Below are positions 9,249-19,316 of a stretch of DNA of 64,000 nt, in pieces. Every line of letters starts with the position of its first letter. Position 1 is the first letter of the stretch. The DNA lies in contig MFKT01000029.1 of the NCBI GenBank assembly GCA_001781125.1, forward strand, positions 4,040 through 68,039, written 5' to 3'. The position numbers and the translations under genes were made by a program. Source of the stretch: Candidatus Kaiserbacteria bacterium RIFCSPHIGHO2_01_FULL_53_29 (GTDB taxonomy: Bacteria; Patescibacteriota; Minisyncoccia; Phycocordibacterales; UBA2100). Under the pieces are notes generated by a model that was not told where the DNA came from, did not search any database, and saw only the letters and a program-made list of their open reading frames with translations.

Positions 9249-12080
9249 TTACTCGAATTCAATCGTCGTATGTGTCGATTTCTGGATATGCTCCAAATAC
9301 TTCTCAACGATGACGCGTTCGTTCGGAGAAACTTTCGCCACGTACGTCCCCGTCTCGCCCGGCTTCATTCCTTTCTCCTTCCGGAACGCCTGGACCGCAC
9401 GAATGGTATCGCGCACAAACCCCTCTTCTTTCAATTCCGGTGTAATCGCAGTGTCGAGTGCAAACTGATTGCCTGCGACCACTTGTTTAACGTTCACTTC
9501 ACTGGCAATGACCATGAGGTACTCTTGACCGAGCATCGCACCACCGGGGATGGACAATGACGCAAGCGGCTGGCGCACCTTGATACCCGCCTTGTCGCGC
9601 GCTTCGAGCGCTTGGGTAACGATGAGGCGCGCAGCAAACATGCTCACGAGAGCGTTTTCCATATCAAATCCGAGCTTTGGCATCTCCGGCCACATCGCGA
9701 GATGCACGCTTTCCTCGTCTTCTTCTTCGCGTACGGCTTGGAATAAGTGTTCGGCAAAAAATGGCATCGCGGGAGCCATCACGCGCGAGAGCGTGTGAAG
9801 CACGTACCGCAGCGTGGCAAGTGCAGCCACTTTATCCTCGGTATTTTCCTTAAACCTGTCTCTGGACCTCCGTACGTACCATACGGATAAGTCGTCAACG
9901 AAAAGTGCGAGGGGCCGCACTGCCTTGTCGAGCTGGTATTTTTCATATCCCTCGGTCGTTTCCCCTATGAGTGCTGCGAGGCGCGCGAGTATCCATTGGT
10001 CGAGAATATTCTCACTCTTCCAGTCGCGCTGCGTCCCACCATCGTAAAGTTTCCAAAACGCGAGGACGTTGCCAAGTCGCCCGATATTCTTCTTTTGTAT
10101 TTCGTCAACACCATTCTCCGAGAAACTGAGATTCTCCGCTTGCATCACAGGAGATGAAAGGAGGTAAAGCCGGAGCGCATCGGCGCCATATTTGTCGACG
10201 ACCTCCATCGGATCGGGATAATTCTTCAGCTTTTTAGCCATTTTCTTGCCATCCTCGGCCAAGACGATGCCGTTCACAATGACGTTTTGGAACGCATTTT
10301 TATTGAAAAGCGCAGTGCTAAAAACATGGAGGTAGTAGAACCACGCGCGAGTCTGGTCCAGACCCTCGGCAATGAATTGTGCGGGAAATGCAGCATCAAA
10401 TTCTTGTTTGTGTTCAAAAGGATAATGTTTTTCACCATAGGGCATCGAGCCAGAATCGAACCATGTGTCCAATACGTCGGGGACGCGCCGCATTTCTCCG
10501 CCGCACTCGCAGGCAACAGTAATTTCATCAACGATGTGTTTGTGGAGGTCATTAACCTTTTTGCTACTCGCTGCCTCGAGGTCTGCGACACTACCGAATA
10601 CTTTTTCTTTTTTGCACGTCTCGCAGCGCCATACCGGAATGACGCTCGCCCAAAAACGCTGGCGCGAGATAGACCAGTCGCGCGCGCCCTCGAGCCATTT
10701 TCCGAAACGGCCCTCTTTTATGTGTTCGGGTGACCAGTTGACAGCTTCTGCATTCTTGAGTAAATCTTCTTTTATTTTCGTGACAGACACGAACCACGAT
10801 GTCGTCGCGTAGTTGAGAAGGGGCGTATCGCACCGCCAGCAGTGCGGATATGAGTGGACAATATTCTCTTTCGAGAAAAGTTTTCCGTGTTCCTGCAGGT
10901 ATTTCAATATCGCAATATCAGTTCCGAGCCGGATCTTGTCGTCATCAGAAAGAGGCTTTAGCTCCATTCCCGAAAAACCTTTTACTTCAGGCTTAAATGT
11001 GCCGTTCATGTTGACGTGTTGGATGAACGGAAGATTCTCTTTTTTGCCGAGCTGCATGTCATCTTCACCAAAGGCCGGGGTGATGTGAACGACCCCCGTT
11101 CCCGTATCGGTAGTTACAAAATCCGCCGCGTATACTTTCCATCCATTCTTGTGATTTTTCAGCGTTGCGTCGTCAGTGTAGTAATCAAAAAGCGGTTTGT
11201 ATTTTTTGCCAACAAGTTCGGCCCCTTTTTTCTCTTCAATAATTTCTGCGCCCGGCGCGACCGACGTTAGCCTATCTTTCGCGATCCAAAACATTCCGTC
11301 TGTTGTTCGTGCTTTTACGTACGAGATACTTGGTCCTACCGCAAGCGCGACATTGCCCGGTAGTGTCCACGCAGTTGTCGTCCATGCCAAGAAATATGTT
11401 CCCGGCTCATCAACGAGCTCGAACTTCGCGGTTACCGCAATATCTTTTACATTCTTGTACCCTTCGGCAACTTCCTGCTGACTAAGCGTTGTCTCGCAGC
11501 GCGGGCAGATGTGCATTGAGCGGTAATCCTCGTAGACGAGTCCTTTGTCATAGATCTCTTTGAATACCCACCACACACTCTCCATGAATGGTTTGTCCAT
11601 CGTGCGGTAGGCATGCTTCATATCCGCCCATCGTCCGATGCGTGGGATTATTTTTTCCCAGTCCGCTGCAAATGTGAGCACGCGCGCACGGCAAGTTTCG
11701 TTGAATTTATCAACGCCGTACGCGAGAATATCTTTTTTATGTTTAAAGCCGAGCTCTTTCTCGACGATGTTCTCTATCGGGAGCCCGTGGCAATCCCATC
11801 CCCACACGCGCGGCACACGGTAGCCGCGCATCGTCCAGTAGCGCGGCACAACGTCTTTGATGACCGAGGCGACGATGTGGCCGTAGTGCGGGAGCCCGGT
11901 CGCAAAAGGCGGACCGTCATAGAACACATAATCACCGTTGAGCGCCTCTTTCTCTACGGATTTTTTGAAAATATCCTTCTCGCGCCAAAAATCCAAAATT
12001 GCCTCCTCCCGCAGGGCTGTTTCTGACTTTGCCTCGCCAGAGCCTTGTGCGACGGCAGGTTTTTGCGGTTTTTCAGCCAT
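9249..12080 (-). CDS. ileS: Isoleucine--tRNA ligase, type 2
   Basis: FYDGPPFATGLPHYGH, GWDCHGLP, WTTTAWTLP, DWSISRQRFW, KMAKK (KMSKS variant). Confidence 0.95.
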   Translation of the reverse strand: MAEKPQKPAVAQGSGEAKSETALREEAILDFWREKDIFKKSVEKEALNGDYVFYDGPPFATGLPHYGHIVASVIKDVVPRYWTMRGYRVPRVWGWDCHGLPIENIVEKELGFKHKKDILAYGVDKFNETCRARVLTFAADWEKIIPRIGRWADMKHAYRTMDKPFMESVWWVFKEIYDKGLVYEDYRSMHICPRCETTLSQQEVAEGYKNVKDIAVTAKFELVDEPGTYFLAWTTTAWTLPGNVALAVGPSISYVKARTTDGMFWIAKDRLTSVAPGAEIIEEKKGAELVGKKYKPLFDYYTDDATLKNHKNGWKVYAADFVTTDTGTGVVHITPAFGEDDMQLGKKENLPFIQHVNMNGTFKPEVKGFSGMELKPLSDDDKIRLGTDIAILKYLQEHGKLFSKENIVHSYPHCWRCDTPLLNYATTSWFVSVTKIKEDLLKNAEAVNWSPEHIKEGRFGKWLEGARDWSISRQRFWASVIPVWRCETCKKEKVFGSVADLEAASSKKVNDLHKHIVDEITVACECGGEMRRVPDVLDTWFDSGSMPYGEKHYPFEHKQEFDAAFPAQFIAEGLDQTRAWFYYLHVFSTALFNKNAFQNVIVNGIVLAEDGKKMAKKLKNYPDPMEVVDKYGADALRLYLLSSPVMQAENLSFSENGVDEIQKKNIGRLGNVLAFWKLYDGGTQRDWKSENILDQWILARLAALIGETTEGYEKYQLDKAVRPLALFVDDLSVWYVRRSRDRFKENTEDKVAALATLRYVLHTLSRVMAPAMPFFAEHLFQAVREEEDEESVHLAMWPEMPKLGFDMENALVSMFAARLIVTQALEARDKAGIKVRQPLASLSIPGGAMLGQEYLMVIASEVNVKQVVAGNQFALDTAITPELKEEGFVRDTIRAVQAFRKEKGMKPGETGTYVAKVSPNERVIVEKYLEHIQKSTHTTIEFE

Positions 12081-12118
12081 ATTCTGTCCATCGTAACAAA
12101 CGAAAAGGTCTACAGCGA

Positions 12119-12148
12119 GCCCCACACCAAAGTCTTTTGGTGTGGGGC
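12119..12148. repeat. Perfect 13-bp-stem hairpin between the helicase gene and ileS (palindromic element or terminator)
   Basis: GCCCCACACCAAA-GTCT-TTTGGTGTGGGGC. Confidence 0.6.
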
Positions 12149-12165
12149 GAGGCCGAGCCCCGTTT

Positions 12166-13770
12166 TTACCTCTTCGGCTTCCAGTAACTCGGAATGAGGC
12201 CGAGATGCCCGAGGCGGGCGCGGATGGCGCCGGGTTTGCGGCCGAAATGTTTTGCTACTTCAGCGTTGGGTTTTTTCTCATTGAACATCACGGTCAAGAG
12301 CGCATCATCCTCTTTGCTCCATGATCTGCCGACATTGGGATACTTTTCGCGCAACCCATCCAACGTAACCTTACTTGTGATGGGGACCTGCCCCGTAGTG
12401 AGCTTCGCTCTACTACTGGGGTCTTTTGCTCCAATGGCGCGCAGAAAATTCTTTTCAAGTTTCTGTTTCTCGCTCTCGGGCAAGACGGCAAATTTTCTTC
12501 GCACCGCATCCGAGTATCCCCGGAAATGCCGGTCGGCTGCAGCGACCTTGGGATGCAGCTCGAGGGCACGCTCGTTGAATCCTTCGAGAAATAATCCCGC
12601 GAGTGTACGCACGCGCGAAATGGCGACGTACCCTTGACCAAACTCGAACGCTTGCGAGAGATCGATAATCGCCGCATCGAGCGACATACCCTGGCTTTTG
12701 TGCACGGTAATTGCCCACGCGAGCCGCAAGGGCACCTGCGTTATCTTCGCAAGAATTCTATTCCCGTCTTGTATCGCCCATTCGGCTGGTTCCGCGGTGA
12801 TCGTCGCACCAGAGCGCGTTTGCACGACGGGTGCACCGAGCACGGAAAACCCGGTCAAAGTCCCCAGCGTGCCGTTAACGTATCCGGCATCGAAGTTATT
12901 GCGGGTGAACATGACCGATGCGCCCTCCTTGAGCTCGAGGGTCTCCGGCGAAAGACATTGCGCTTTGAGCGACTCGACGAGCGCTCGCGCGCCACGCGAG
13001 GACATCTCGAAGACGCGACTCTTTCCTTCGATTTGCCCGAGCGACTCCATATTGATGCGGTCCACATTTTCATTGTGCGTGTAGAGCCGGGTGGCGACTG
13101 TCTGCTTGGAGAGGATGCCGATGCGCGAAGAGAGGCGCGTGCGATGCGCGCTCGTAAACGCTCCGCGGCGCATCGCGGAGAGCAGATCAAGAAAGTCGCC
13201 GTCTTCCTGACGGTGTTGCTCGGAGAGATAACAAATCACCGGATTCGCTTCCTTCCATGCAGGAGATTCGAATGCGAATTTCGCCTGCTCGTTCCGACCG
13301 CCTTCGCCAAGGCTTCGGCGTGTCACAGGCGGGAGCTGGAAGAAATCGCCGACGAAAATAACTTGCAAACCACCAAACGGCTGCTCCGGCATCAGGGGCT
13401 GACGGCGCAGCGTGCGCAATACCCTATCGACACCTGCGAGGGTCGCGGCATCGAGCATTGATATCTCGTCGATGATAAGAACCTTCGTGTAGACGATACG
13501 TTTGGCGGTTTTCTCGCGGCTCTGGATCATTTCGATATCGTAGTCATTGACCTCGCGCTTAATGCCGATACCACTCCACGAATGGATGGTCATGCCGTTG
13601 ATGTGTGTAGCGGCAATACCCGTCGACGCGGTGACGGCGGGCTCGATACCACGCTCGCGGAGCCACTCGACATATCGATTGATGGTGTGTGTCTTCCCGC
13701 TCCCCGGCTCGCCAGTGAGGAAAACATTGAGTCCTGTTTTCAATATCGCGAGCGCTTCATCTTGCGTCAT
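12166..13770 (-). CDS. Pif1-like SF1B helicase with C-terminal HTH
   Basis: FLTGEPGSGKT, IIDEISM, VGDFFQLPPV, LAWAITVHKSQG, GQGYVAISR. Confidence 0.9.
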   Translation of the reverse strand: MTQDEALAILKTGLNVFLTGEPGSGKTHTINRYVEWLRERGIEPAVTASTGIAATHINGMTIHSWSGIGIKREVNDYDIEMIQSREKTAKRIVYTKVLIIDEISMLDAATLAGVDRVLRTLRRQPLMPEQPFGGLQVIFVGDFFQLPPVTRRSLGEGGRNEQAKFAFESPAWKEANPVICYLSEQHRQEDGDFLDLLSAMRRGAFTSAHRTRLSSRIGILSKQTVATRLYTHNENVDRINMESLGQIEGKSRVFEMSSRGARALVESLKAQCLSPETLELKEGASVMFTRNNFDAGYVNGTLGTLTGFSVLGAPVVQTRSGATITAEPAEWAIQDGNRILAKITQVPLRLAWAITVHKSQGMSLDAAIIDLSQAFEFGQGYVAISRVRTLAGLFLEGFNERALELHPKVAAADRHFRGYSDAVRRKFAVLPESEKQKLEKNFLRAIGAKDPSSRAKLTTGQVPITSKVTLDGLREKYPNVGRSWSKEDDALLTVMFNEKKPNAEVAKHFGRKPGAIRARLGHLGLIPSYWKPKR

Positions 13771-13794
13771 CGCGAAAGTGTACCACTGCCGCGT

Positions 13795-13922
13795 AGAGCA
13801 TTTTGGAAATGCTCTGCGTGATTCTCCTGATTCCATTGGATGGAATGATAATCTACGTCGAATCCTTTGGAAGGATTCGACGTGATTTCCTAAATCCCAT
13901 TGGATGGGATTTAGGAAATCAC
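13795..13922. repeat. Array of four hairpins, all with a TGG (minus strand CCA) triloop
   Basis: Perfect stems of 9, 7, 13 and 19 bp at 13795-13815, 13830-13846, 13855-13883, 13882-13922. Confidence 0.8.
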
Positions 13923-15577
13923 ATTCGCTCTGGAGCCGGAATGCCCAAAATCCAGAGACCGTTTTTCAATGTTTTTCGCACCGCATCCACGAGCGCGACT
14001 CTGTGGGCTGCTTCGGGAGTACCATCGAGAATATGTACCTGCGCGTACCAGCTGTTGAACGCGCTCGCGAATTCAAGAAGGTAGTTCGTTAGCAGATGCG
14101 GTTCGTTGTGTGATGATGCATATTCGACCGCTTCCGGGAAGCGGTGCAAAAACCGAGTAAGATCATCCGAGGCTCTATTGCTACCTACCTTAGAGGCGAC
14201 GCCTCTAAGGTTAGCTTGCTCGACGACCGCGCAGGCACGGGCGTGCGCATACTGCAGGTACGGACCAGAATCACCTTCGAGCGAGAGCGCGCGGTCGCGA
14301 TCAAAAATGATGTCTTTCCCCGATGCTTGCTTTAATATCTGATATTTGATCGCCGCTACCGCAACCTGCTGCGCGAGTACCTCGTGATCCTCCGCCCTGC
14401 TTTCCGCCCCCCGAACCTTCGCCGCTTCGGTAAGATCTACGAGCAATGATTCTCCTGTAATAACATTGCCGGTGCGCGAAGACATCTTGCCTTCAGCAAA
14501 ACGCATCATCCCGTGAGAAACATGCTGGATTTTAGGGGCAATATCCGGCAACACATCTTCCATCGCAGCTTTAACGACAGCAAAATAATCAGCCTGCTCG
14601 TGCGCAGTCACGGTAATTGAAGTATCGAAGCCCCAAGTTTCCGCTTTCAACTCGGCAAGCCCAAGATCTTTTGCCTCGTACGTCGGCAGTCCCTTTGATG
14701 TAACGAACACGCGTGTGTGCAACTCCTTCTTCTCACCCTTGTACACAATCGCCCCGTCGCTTTTTTCAAACACTCCCGGATTCTTCTCAACGAGCTTCAG
14801 GCCGCGCGGAGCCGTCTCGCTCTCAAAAAAGTAATGATCGAATTTTGTACCCAACATTTTGTACAACTCCTCAAAATGATCGAGCGATGCTTTCCGGCCT
14901 GCTGCGTAGACGGCATTTATTTCCGCGTCAGACTTGTCGTAGACTTTTGTGTTTATGGCATCTACCTCTGCTTTGGCAGCAATATCGTTTTCATATGCCT
15001 GTGCTCCCGTCGCATAAGCTTTTCCAAGCTGCGCGGCATCATTCGGGTCAACGCCAAGCTTCATTACGCCCCAAATCGCTTTTGCCACATGCGGCCCGAT
15101 GTCACCCTGATAATTCGCACGCCTCACTTCCGCGCCGGAGAATTGCAAAAGCCGCGAGATGGATTCTCCTATCGCATTGCTCATCAAATGGCCGATGTGG
15201 AATTCCTTGAATGGGTTGGGGTCGGTGTACTCAACCATTATTTTCTTCCTCGCGAGATTTTTGTTAGCCCCCCACATATCCTCCGTACGCGCTTCCTCTA
15301 CCGCCTCGGCGAGCGCAGCGGATGCGAGATAAAAATTGATGAAGCCCGGCCCAGCGATCTCAATTTTCGCAATACCTTTAATGTCTCCAAGTGCGGCAAC
15401 GATTTTCTCCGCAAGCATTTTGGGCGCAACACCCGCTTGCTTCGTATACTGCAGTGCAACGCCGGAAGAATAATCTCCATTTTTCAACTCTGCCGGATGT
15501 TCGAGAGAAACATTTACACCATAAACACTCGCCCTCGCGAGTGCTTCCGAAATAGCCTTTTTTAGAGTCTCTGGCAT
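13919..15577 (-). CDS. argS: Arginine--tRNA ligase
   Basis: GPGFINF, PNPFKEFHIGH, KMSSRTG, GDSGPYLQYAHAR, C-terminal PERM. Confidence 0.95.
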   Translation of the reverse strand: MPETLKKAISEALARASVYGVNVSLEHPAELKNGDYSSGVALQYTKQAGVAPKMLAEKIVAALGDIKGIAKIEIAGPGFINFYLASAALAEAVEEARTEDMWGANKNLARKKIMVEYTDPNPFKEFHIGHLMSNAIGESISRLLQFSGAEVRRANYQGDIGPHVAKAIWGVMKLGVDPNDAAQLGKAYATGAQAYENDIAAKAEVDAINTKVYDKSDAEINAVYAAGRKASLDHFEELYKMLGTKFDHYFFESETAPRGLKLVEKNPGVFEKSDGAIVYKGEKKELHTRVFVTSKGLPTYEAKDLGLAELKAETWGFDTSITVTAHEQADYFAVVKAAMEDVLPDIAPKIQHVSHGMMRFAEGKMSSRTGNVITGESLLVDLTEAAKVRGAESRAEDHEVLAQQVAVAAIKYQILKQASGKDIIFDRDRALSLEGDSGPYLQYAHARACAVVEQANLRGVASKVGSNRASDDLTRFLHRFPEAVEYASSHNEPHLLTNYLLEFASAFNSWYAQVHILDGTPEAAHRVALVDAVRKTLKNGLWILGIPAPERM

Positions 15578-15605
15578 GGACGCATTGTACCAAGCGCCCA
15601 GAAGG

Positions 15606-16028
15606 TTAGAGATCTGAATCAATCCCCATCGAGCGGGCGGTGCCGGCGATTATCTTTCGCGCTTGCTCTATATCATTGGCATTCAGGTCTTCCATCTTTT
15701 CGGTCGCGATGTCGGTGAGCTGCTGCTTGGAAAGCTTGCCGACTTTGTCTTGCGCCTTGTGCGAACCCTTTTCCATATTCATGGATTTGAGGATGAGGCG
15801 CGAAGCTGGCGGCTTCTTGACGATGAATGAGAACGTGCGGTCTTTGTAGACAGTGAGCACGACCGGCACGACGTTGCCTGCCATCGCCTTGGTCTGCGTG
15901 TTGAATTGGTTGACGAATTCGCCGATATTCACGCCGGCCGGGCCCAGCGCGGTACCTACCGGCGGCGCAGGTGTGGCCTTACCGGCCTCTATCTGGAGCT
16001 TTATCATTTTTGTGATTTCTTTTGCCAT
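15606..16028 (-). CDS. rplK: 50S ribosomal protein L11
   Basis: [15 protein letters not shown]; IAGTARSMG. Confidence 0.97.
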   Translation of the reverse strand: MAKEITKMIKLQIEAGKATPAPPVGTALGPAGVNIGEFVNQFNTQTKAMAGNVVPVVLTVYKDRTFSFIVKKPPASRLILKSMNMEKGSHKAQDKVGKLSKQQLTDIATEKMEDLNANDIEQARKIIAGTARSMGIDSDL

Positions 16029-16035
16029 ACGTGAA

Positions 16036-16070
16036 ATAGGTTTCAGGTTCTGGGTGTCAGGTTACAGGTT
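16036..16070. repeat. Degenerate heptamer tandem repeat (NCAGGTT x5)
   Basis: ATAGGTT TCAGGTT CTGGGTG TCAGGTT ACAGGTT between nusG and rplK. Confidence 0.65.
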
Positions 16071-16611
16071 AAACTCTTTGGACTTGATCGGCTTCGAGCT
16101 CTACCGGAGTCTCGCGGCCGAACATCGGAACTAAGACTTTAACCTTTCCGCGCTCTTCGTCAATCTCCCCGACTTTTCCTTCAAGATCCTTGAAGGGGCC
16201 ATCGATGATGATGACTGCATCGCCCTCGGAGAGATCTATTGCGTGGCGCACGGTGTCGCCGCCCGCACGCTTCAAGATCTTCTCCACCTCGTCGGGCTCG
16301 AGCGGTACTGCTTGATTGGCGGTGCCCACGAATCCGGTGACCTGCGGCGTGTTGCGCACAACGCTCCACGCGTCGTCCGAGGCTATCATGTCCACCAAGA
16401 CGTAGCCGGGGAACGTCTTTTCGCGCATCTCGGTCTTGCGGCCGTTCTTTATTTTTATCTTATTTTCCGTCGGCACCACGACATTGAATATCTTCTCTTT
16501 CATGCCGAACGACTCCACGCGCTGCTTCAGATTGCGCGCCACGGCATCTTCGTAGCCGGAATAGGTGTGTATCGCATACCACTGCCGCTCTTCGCCGTGT
16601 GTTTGTTTCAT
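16069..16611 (-). CDS. nusG: Transcription termination/antitermination factor NusG
   Basis: WYAIHTYSGYE, FPGYVLV, KOW domain, MFGRETPVEL. Confidence 0.97.
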   Translation of the reverse strand: MKQTHGEERQWYAIHTYSGYEDAVARNLKQRVESFGMKEKIFNVVVPTENKIKIKNGRKTEMREKTFPGYVLVDMIASDDAWSVVRNTPQVTGFVGTANQAVPLEPDEVEKILKRAGGDTVRHAIDLSEGDAVIIIDGPFKDLEGKVGEIDEERGKVKVLVPMFGRETPVELEADQVQRV

Positions 16612-16612
16612 A

Positions 16613-16909
16613 TTAGATCTTGAACTGTGGGCTGTTGTCTGTCGGAAGTGTCGACGTGGCTTCTATCACCGGCATGGTACCTGTTGCAATCCCCGGTATT
16701 TCAACAAGAGGAGCTTGGAACGCCGGAAAAACTTGTAGAAAGCGTGAGAGACCAGTCGTGAAAAGGTAATCAAAAAGTCCGAGATAAAGTGAAACTGCAA
16801 TAGAAATGAGGGCGACAAGCACCGTGTACACGATGGTCTGCAGGCGCGTGGGCCATGCGACGTGCCGCAGCTCGCCTCGTGTGTCTTTGAGATATAGGAA
16901 GAAGCTCAT
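16613..16909 (-). CDS. secE: Preprotein translocase subunit SecE
   Basis: ELRHVAWPTR followed by a TM; directly upstream of nusG. Confidence 0.9.
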   Translation of the reverse strand: MSFFLYLKDTRGELRHVAWPTRLQTIVYTVLVALISIAVSLYLGLFDYLFTTGLSRFLQVFPAFQAPLVEIPGIATGTMPVIEATSTLPTDNSPQFKI

Positions 16910-16980
16910 AGTTTAGTCCTAATCAAAAACCCCTTGCGGGGCTTTATCGCTGTGCATGATAGCTGAATGGAAACGGAAGT

Positions 16981-17009
16981 CAAGCGCCGCCCCTTCGGGG
17001 CGGCGCTTG
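16981..17009. terminator. GC-rich hairpin downstream of the SIMPL gene
   Basis: CAAGCGCCGCCCC-TTCG-GGGCGGCGCTTG. Confidence 0.55.
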
Positions 17010-17016
17010 TTGATTG

Positions 17017-17826
17017 CTACCGTATCTCGTACGTTACCGATACATTCGATGTGATCTTGTTCTGACCGACAGGAATTTCGGGAGATGGTGCGGATGCGGA
17101 ATCTGCCATGCCGGCACTCATCGCTTTGGCATAGTAGATCGGCTCACCGCCTCCGCCCTCGCTGAATCCGACGACACGCACGAGCGAGACGCCAAGCTGA
17201 CCAGCCAGAGCCTCGGCTTTGGCGCGCGCATCATCTATCGCCTTGCCGCGTGCCTGCGCTTCGAGCCCCTTCTGGTCATCGATCGTAAATGAAAGTCCCG
17301 AGACCGATGTCGCGCCCTTTGAGCCGACGCCCGCGAGTAGATCGCCTGCTTTTTTCGTATCGCGCACTTTCACGGTCAATGTTTGCGAGACCTGAAAACC
17401 GCGTAGTGTTTGTTTGCCGGGTGGGCAATAACCCTGTGTGCAGACCGTGTTGGTGTAGTCGTATTGCGGGTAGACATTGTAATCGGTGGTCTGAATATCT
17501 TTCTCATCAATGCCCTGCGATTTGAGATAGGCGATGATGTCATTGCCTTTCTTCGTCGCCACATCCTGCGCAGCTTTCACATCTTTCGCTTCTTCCTGAA
17601 TAGTCACCGAAAAAGTGGCCGTATCAGGGACCGCAAAGACCTCGCCGTCGCCGGAAACGCTGATCGTATTGGTCGCGGTAACACCTGAGCCGATAAAGCG
17701 GTATTCCTTCAGAGCAGAGATAGTAAGGATAAAGAGAAAAACCCCGAGCATACTAAGCGCGAACATCCCCGCGATCTGCATCCTCTGCGGCGGCACGATG
17801 TGGATCTCTTTCTTTTCAATATCCAT
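17017..17826 (-). CDS. SIMPL domain (DUF541/YggE-like) protein
   Basis: ISVSGDGEVFAVPD, AIDDARAKAEALA, VSVTYEIR. Confidence 0.9.
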   Translation of the reverse strand: MDIEKKEIHIVPPQRMQIAGMFALSMLGVFLFILTISALKEYRFIGSGVTATNTISVSGDGEVFAVPDTATFSVTIQEEAKDVKAAQDVATKKGNDIIAYLKSQGIDEKDIQTTDYNVYPQYDYTNTVCTQGYCPPGKQTLRGFQVSQTLTVKVRDTKKAGDLLAGVGSKGATSVSGLSFTIDDQKGLEAQARGKAIDDARAKAEALAGQLGVSLVRVVGFSEGGGGEPIYYAKAMSAGMADSASAPSPEIPVGQNKITSNVSVTYEIR

Positions 17827-17832
17827 GGCAAA

Positions 17833-17867
17833 TAGTTAGTAGTTAGTAGTAATTAGTTAGTAGACCA
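17833..17867. repeat. Heptamer tandem repeat (TAGTTAG-like x4-5)
   Basis: TAGTTAG TAGTTAG TAGTAAT TAGTTAG TAGACCA. Confidence 0.7.
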
Positions 17868-17891
17868 GTAGACGGATTGTACTATGAAAAC

Positions 17892-18098
17892 TTACTGAAG
17901 CAGGTCGCCTACCTCACTGTATGTGGAGAGGAACGACGGAATGGCAAAGAGGAAGCCGACGAGCGGCAGCACGAAGGCGACCACGGAGACGATGACTACC
18001 GCAAGGAAATACTTCCGTGTCTTCTCGGCAGAAGTGTACACTTCGGCGATCTTCGCCTCGAGAGCATCCAGCTTCTGCCGTAATTCCGCATCTTCCAT
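17892..18098 (-). CDS. Small membrane protein
   Basis: Coiled N-terminus then one TM; -10-like TACTGT upstream. Confidence 0.7.
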   Translation of the reverse strand: MEDAELRQKLDALEAKIAEVYTSAEKTRKYFLAVVIVSVVAFVLPLVGFLFAIPSFLSTYSEVGDLLQ

Positions 18099-18122
18099 GC
18101 ACTTCACAGTACCATGTTCTTG

Positions 18123-18809
18123 CTATTCATCAGCCAGGAACATCGCGCGGTCTTTCGGGAAGAGCCATTCGGCAACGTGAAAGATGCCGTAGGTGATGAA
18201 AAATGCGGACAAGACGTCGATCGAATAGTGCACGTGCCCCAAAAGAACGATGGTCGCAAAAAATGCGGAACCGAGAAGATACAGATTGCGTATGCCCTTT
18301 TCCTTCCAGAACGCGAGCGCGCCCAAAAATGGCATGCCGGTGTGTGCGGAGAAGAAAAGATCTCCCCCGAAGAACATGCTGTTGATGGTCGGTCCGAAAT
18401 CGCTCATGTATGAAGCTTCGAACGGTGCGATATGCGTAAGCGACGCAAAAATAGAGCGAATAATCCAAAATAAGGCGACTGCCTTGAACGCAAAGGGGAT
18501 GCGCTTTGGATGCAAAAGTACTGTCGTAAACGAAAGCAGCGCAAATACGAATGTGCCGTATACAAACAGCGCATCGACTTCGAAAACCGGGATATTGGAG
18601 AGTACGATATCCGTCACCGAATTACTTGCGCGCTCCGTTGCGAATTGGATAGCAAAATAATTCACGGACCAGCCGATGATCAAGAGAGCCGATGCCATTA
18701 CGATCGAAAGACGAAATTCGCGCTGTGCGGCATAGTGCCGATAGCGGCGCCAGAGCTCACGGTGGGGCCGAGGATGACGGTGAAGCGGGGTCGGGGTGGG
18801 CTGGCTCAT
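18123..18809 (-). CDS. PAP2-like / sphingomyelin-synthase-like membrane phosphotransferase
   Basis: DLFFSAHT and HYSIDV catalytic motifs; multiple TMs; start uncertain. Confidence 0.75.
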   Translation of the reverse strand: MSQPTPTPLHRHPRPHRELWRRYRHYAAQREFRLSIVMASALLIIGWSVNYFAIQFATERASNSVTDIVLSNIPVFEVDALFVYGTFVFALLSFTTVLLHPKRIPFAFKAVALFWIIRSIFASLTHIAPFEASYMSDFGPTINSMFFGGDLFFSAHTGMPFLGALAFWKEKGIRNLYLLGSAFFATIVLLGHVHYSIDVLSAFFITYGIFHVAEWLFPKDRAMFLADE

Positions 18810-18853
18810 TACAGCCATACTACTACGTACGGGGCCCGTGATAAACTTCTCCC

Positions 18854-19309
18854 ATGACAGACCCGACGACTCTCCAGACGCTTCTCGTTTTTGTACTTGT
18901 CTGGGGAGCATTCATCGCATCGGGGTTCTGGGAGTCGTACGTCGAGGGAAGGAATGCGTGGGATAAGGCCAAGCTCGGCTGGAAGCTTCGTGTCGGTTCA
19001 TACGTTCTCTCGGGATACCATTTTTATCTTTTTTTCATCATGTACCCTGCTCTCCTTGCACTGCCGTTCGTTTTTACCGGCTGGAACTACAAGCTCTTCG
19101 GCATTATTGTGAGCGCATACGCTTCCGGCGTCATCCTCGAGGACTTCGTCTGGTACCTCGCAAATCCGGTTGTGCGCTTTCGAGAATGGTTCACGCCTTT
19201 CTCTGATTACTACCCCTGGATCAAGATCGGCGGCCGCAAGATGATTCCGCTCGGATACGTCGTCTACCTCGGCATCGCAGTCCTCTCGTGGTATTTCATC
19301 TGGAGGTAA
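18854..19309 (+). CDS. Hypothetical membrane protein
   Basis: 151 aa, about 4 TMs, ILEDFVW. Confidence 0.7.
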   Translation: MTDPTTLQTLLVFVLVWGAFIASGFWESYVEGRNAWDKAKLGWKLRVGSYVLSGYHFYLFFIMYPALLALPFVFTGWNYKLFGIIVSAYASGVILEDFVWYLANPVVRFREWFTPFSDYYPWIKIGGRKMIPLGYVVYLGIAVLSWYFIWR

Positions 19310-19316
19310 AGATCAT

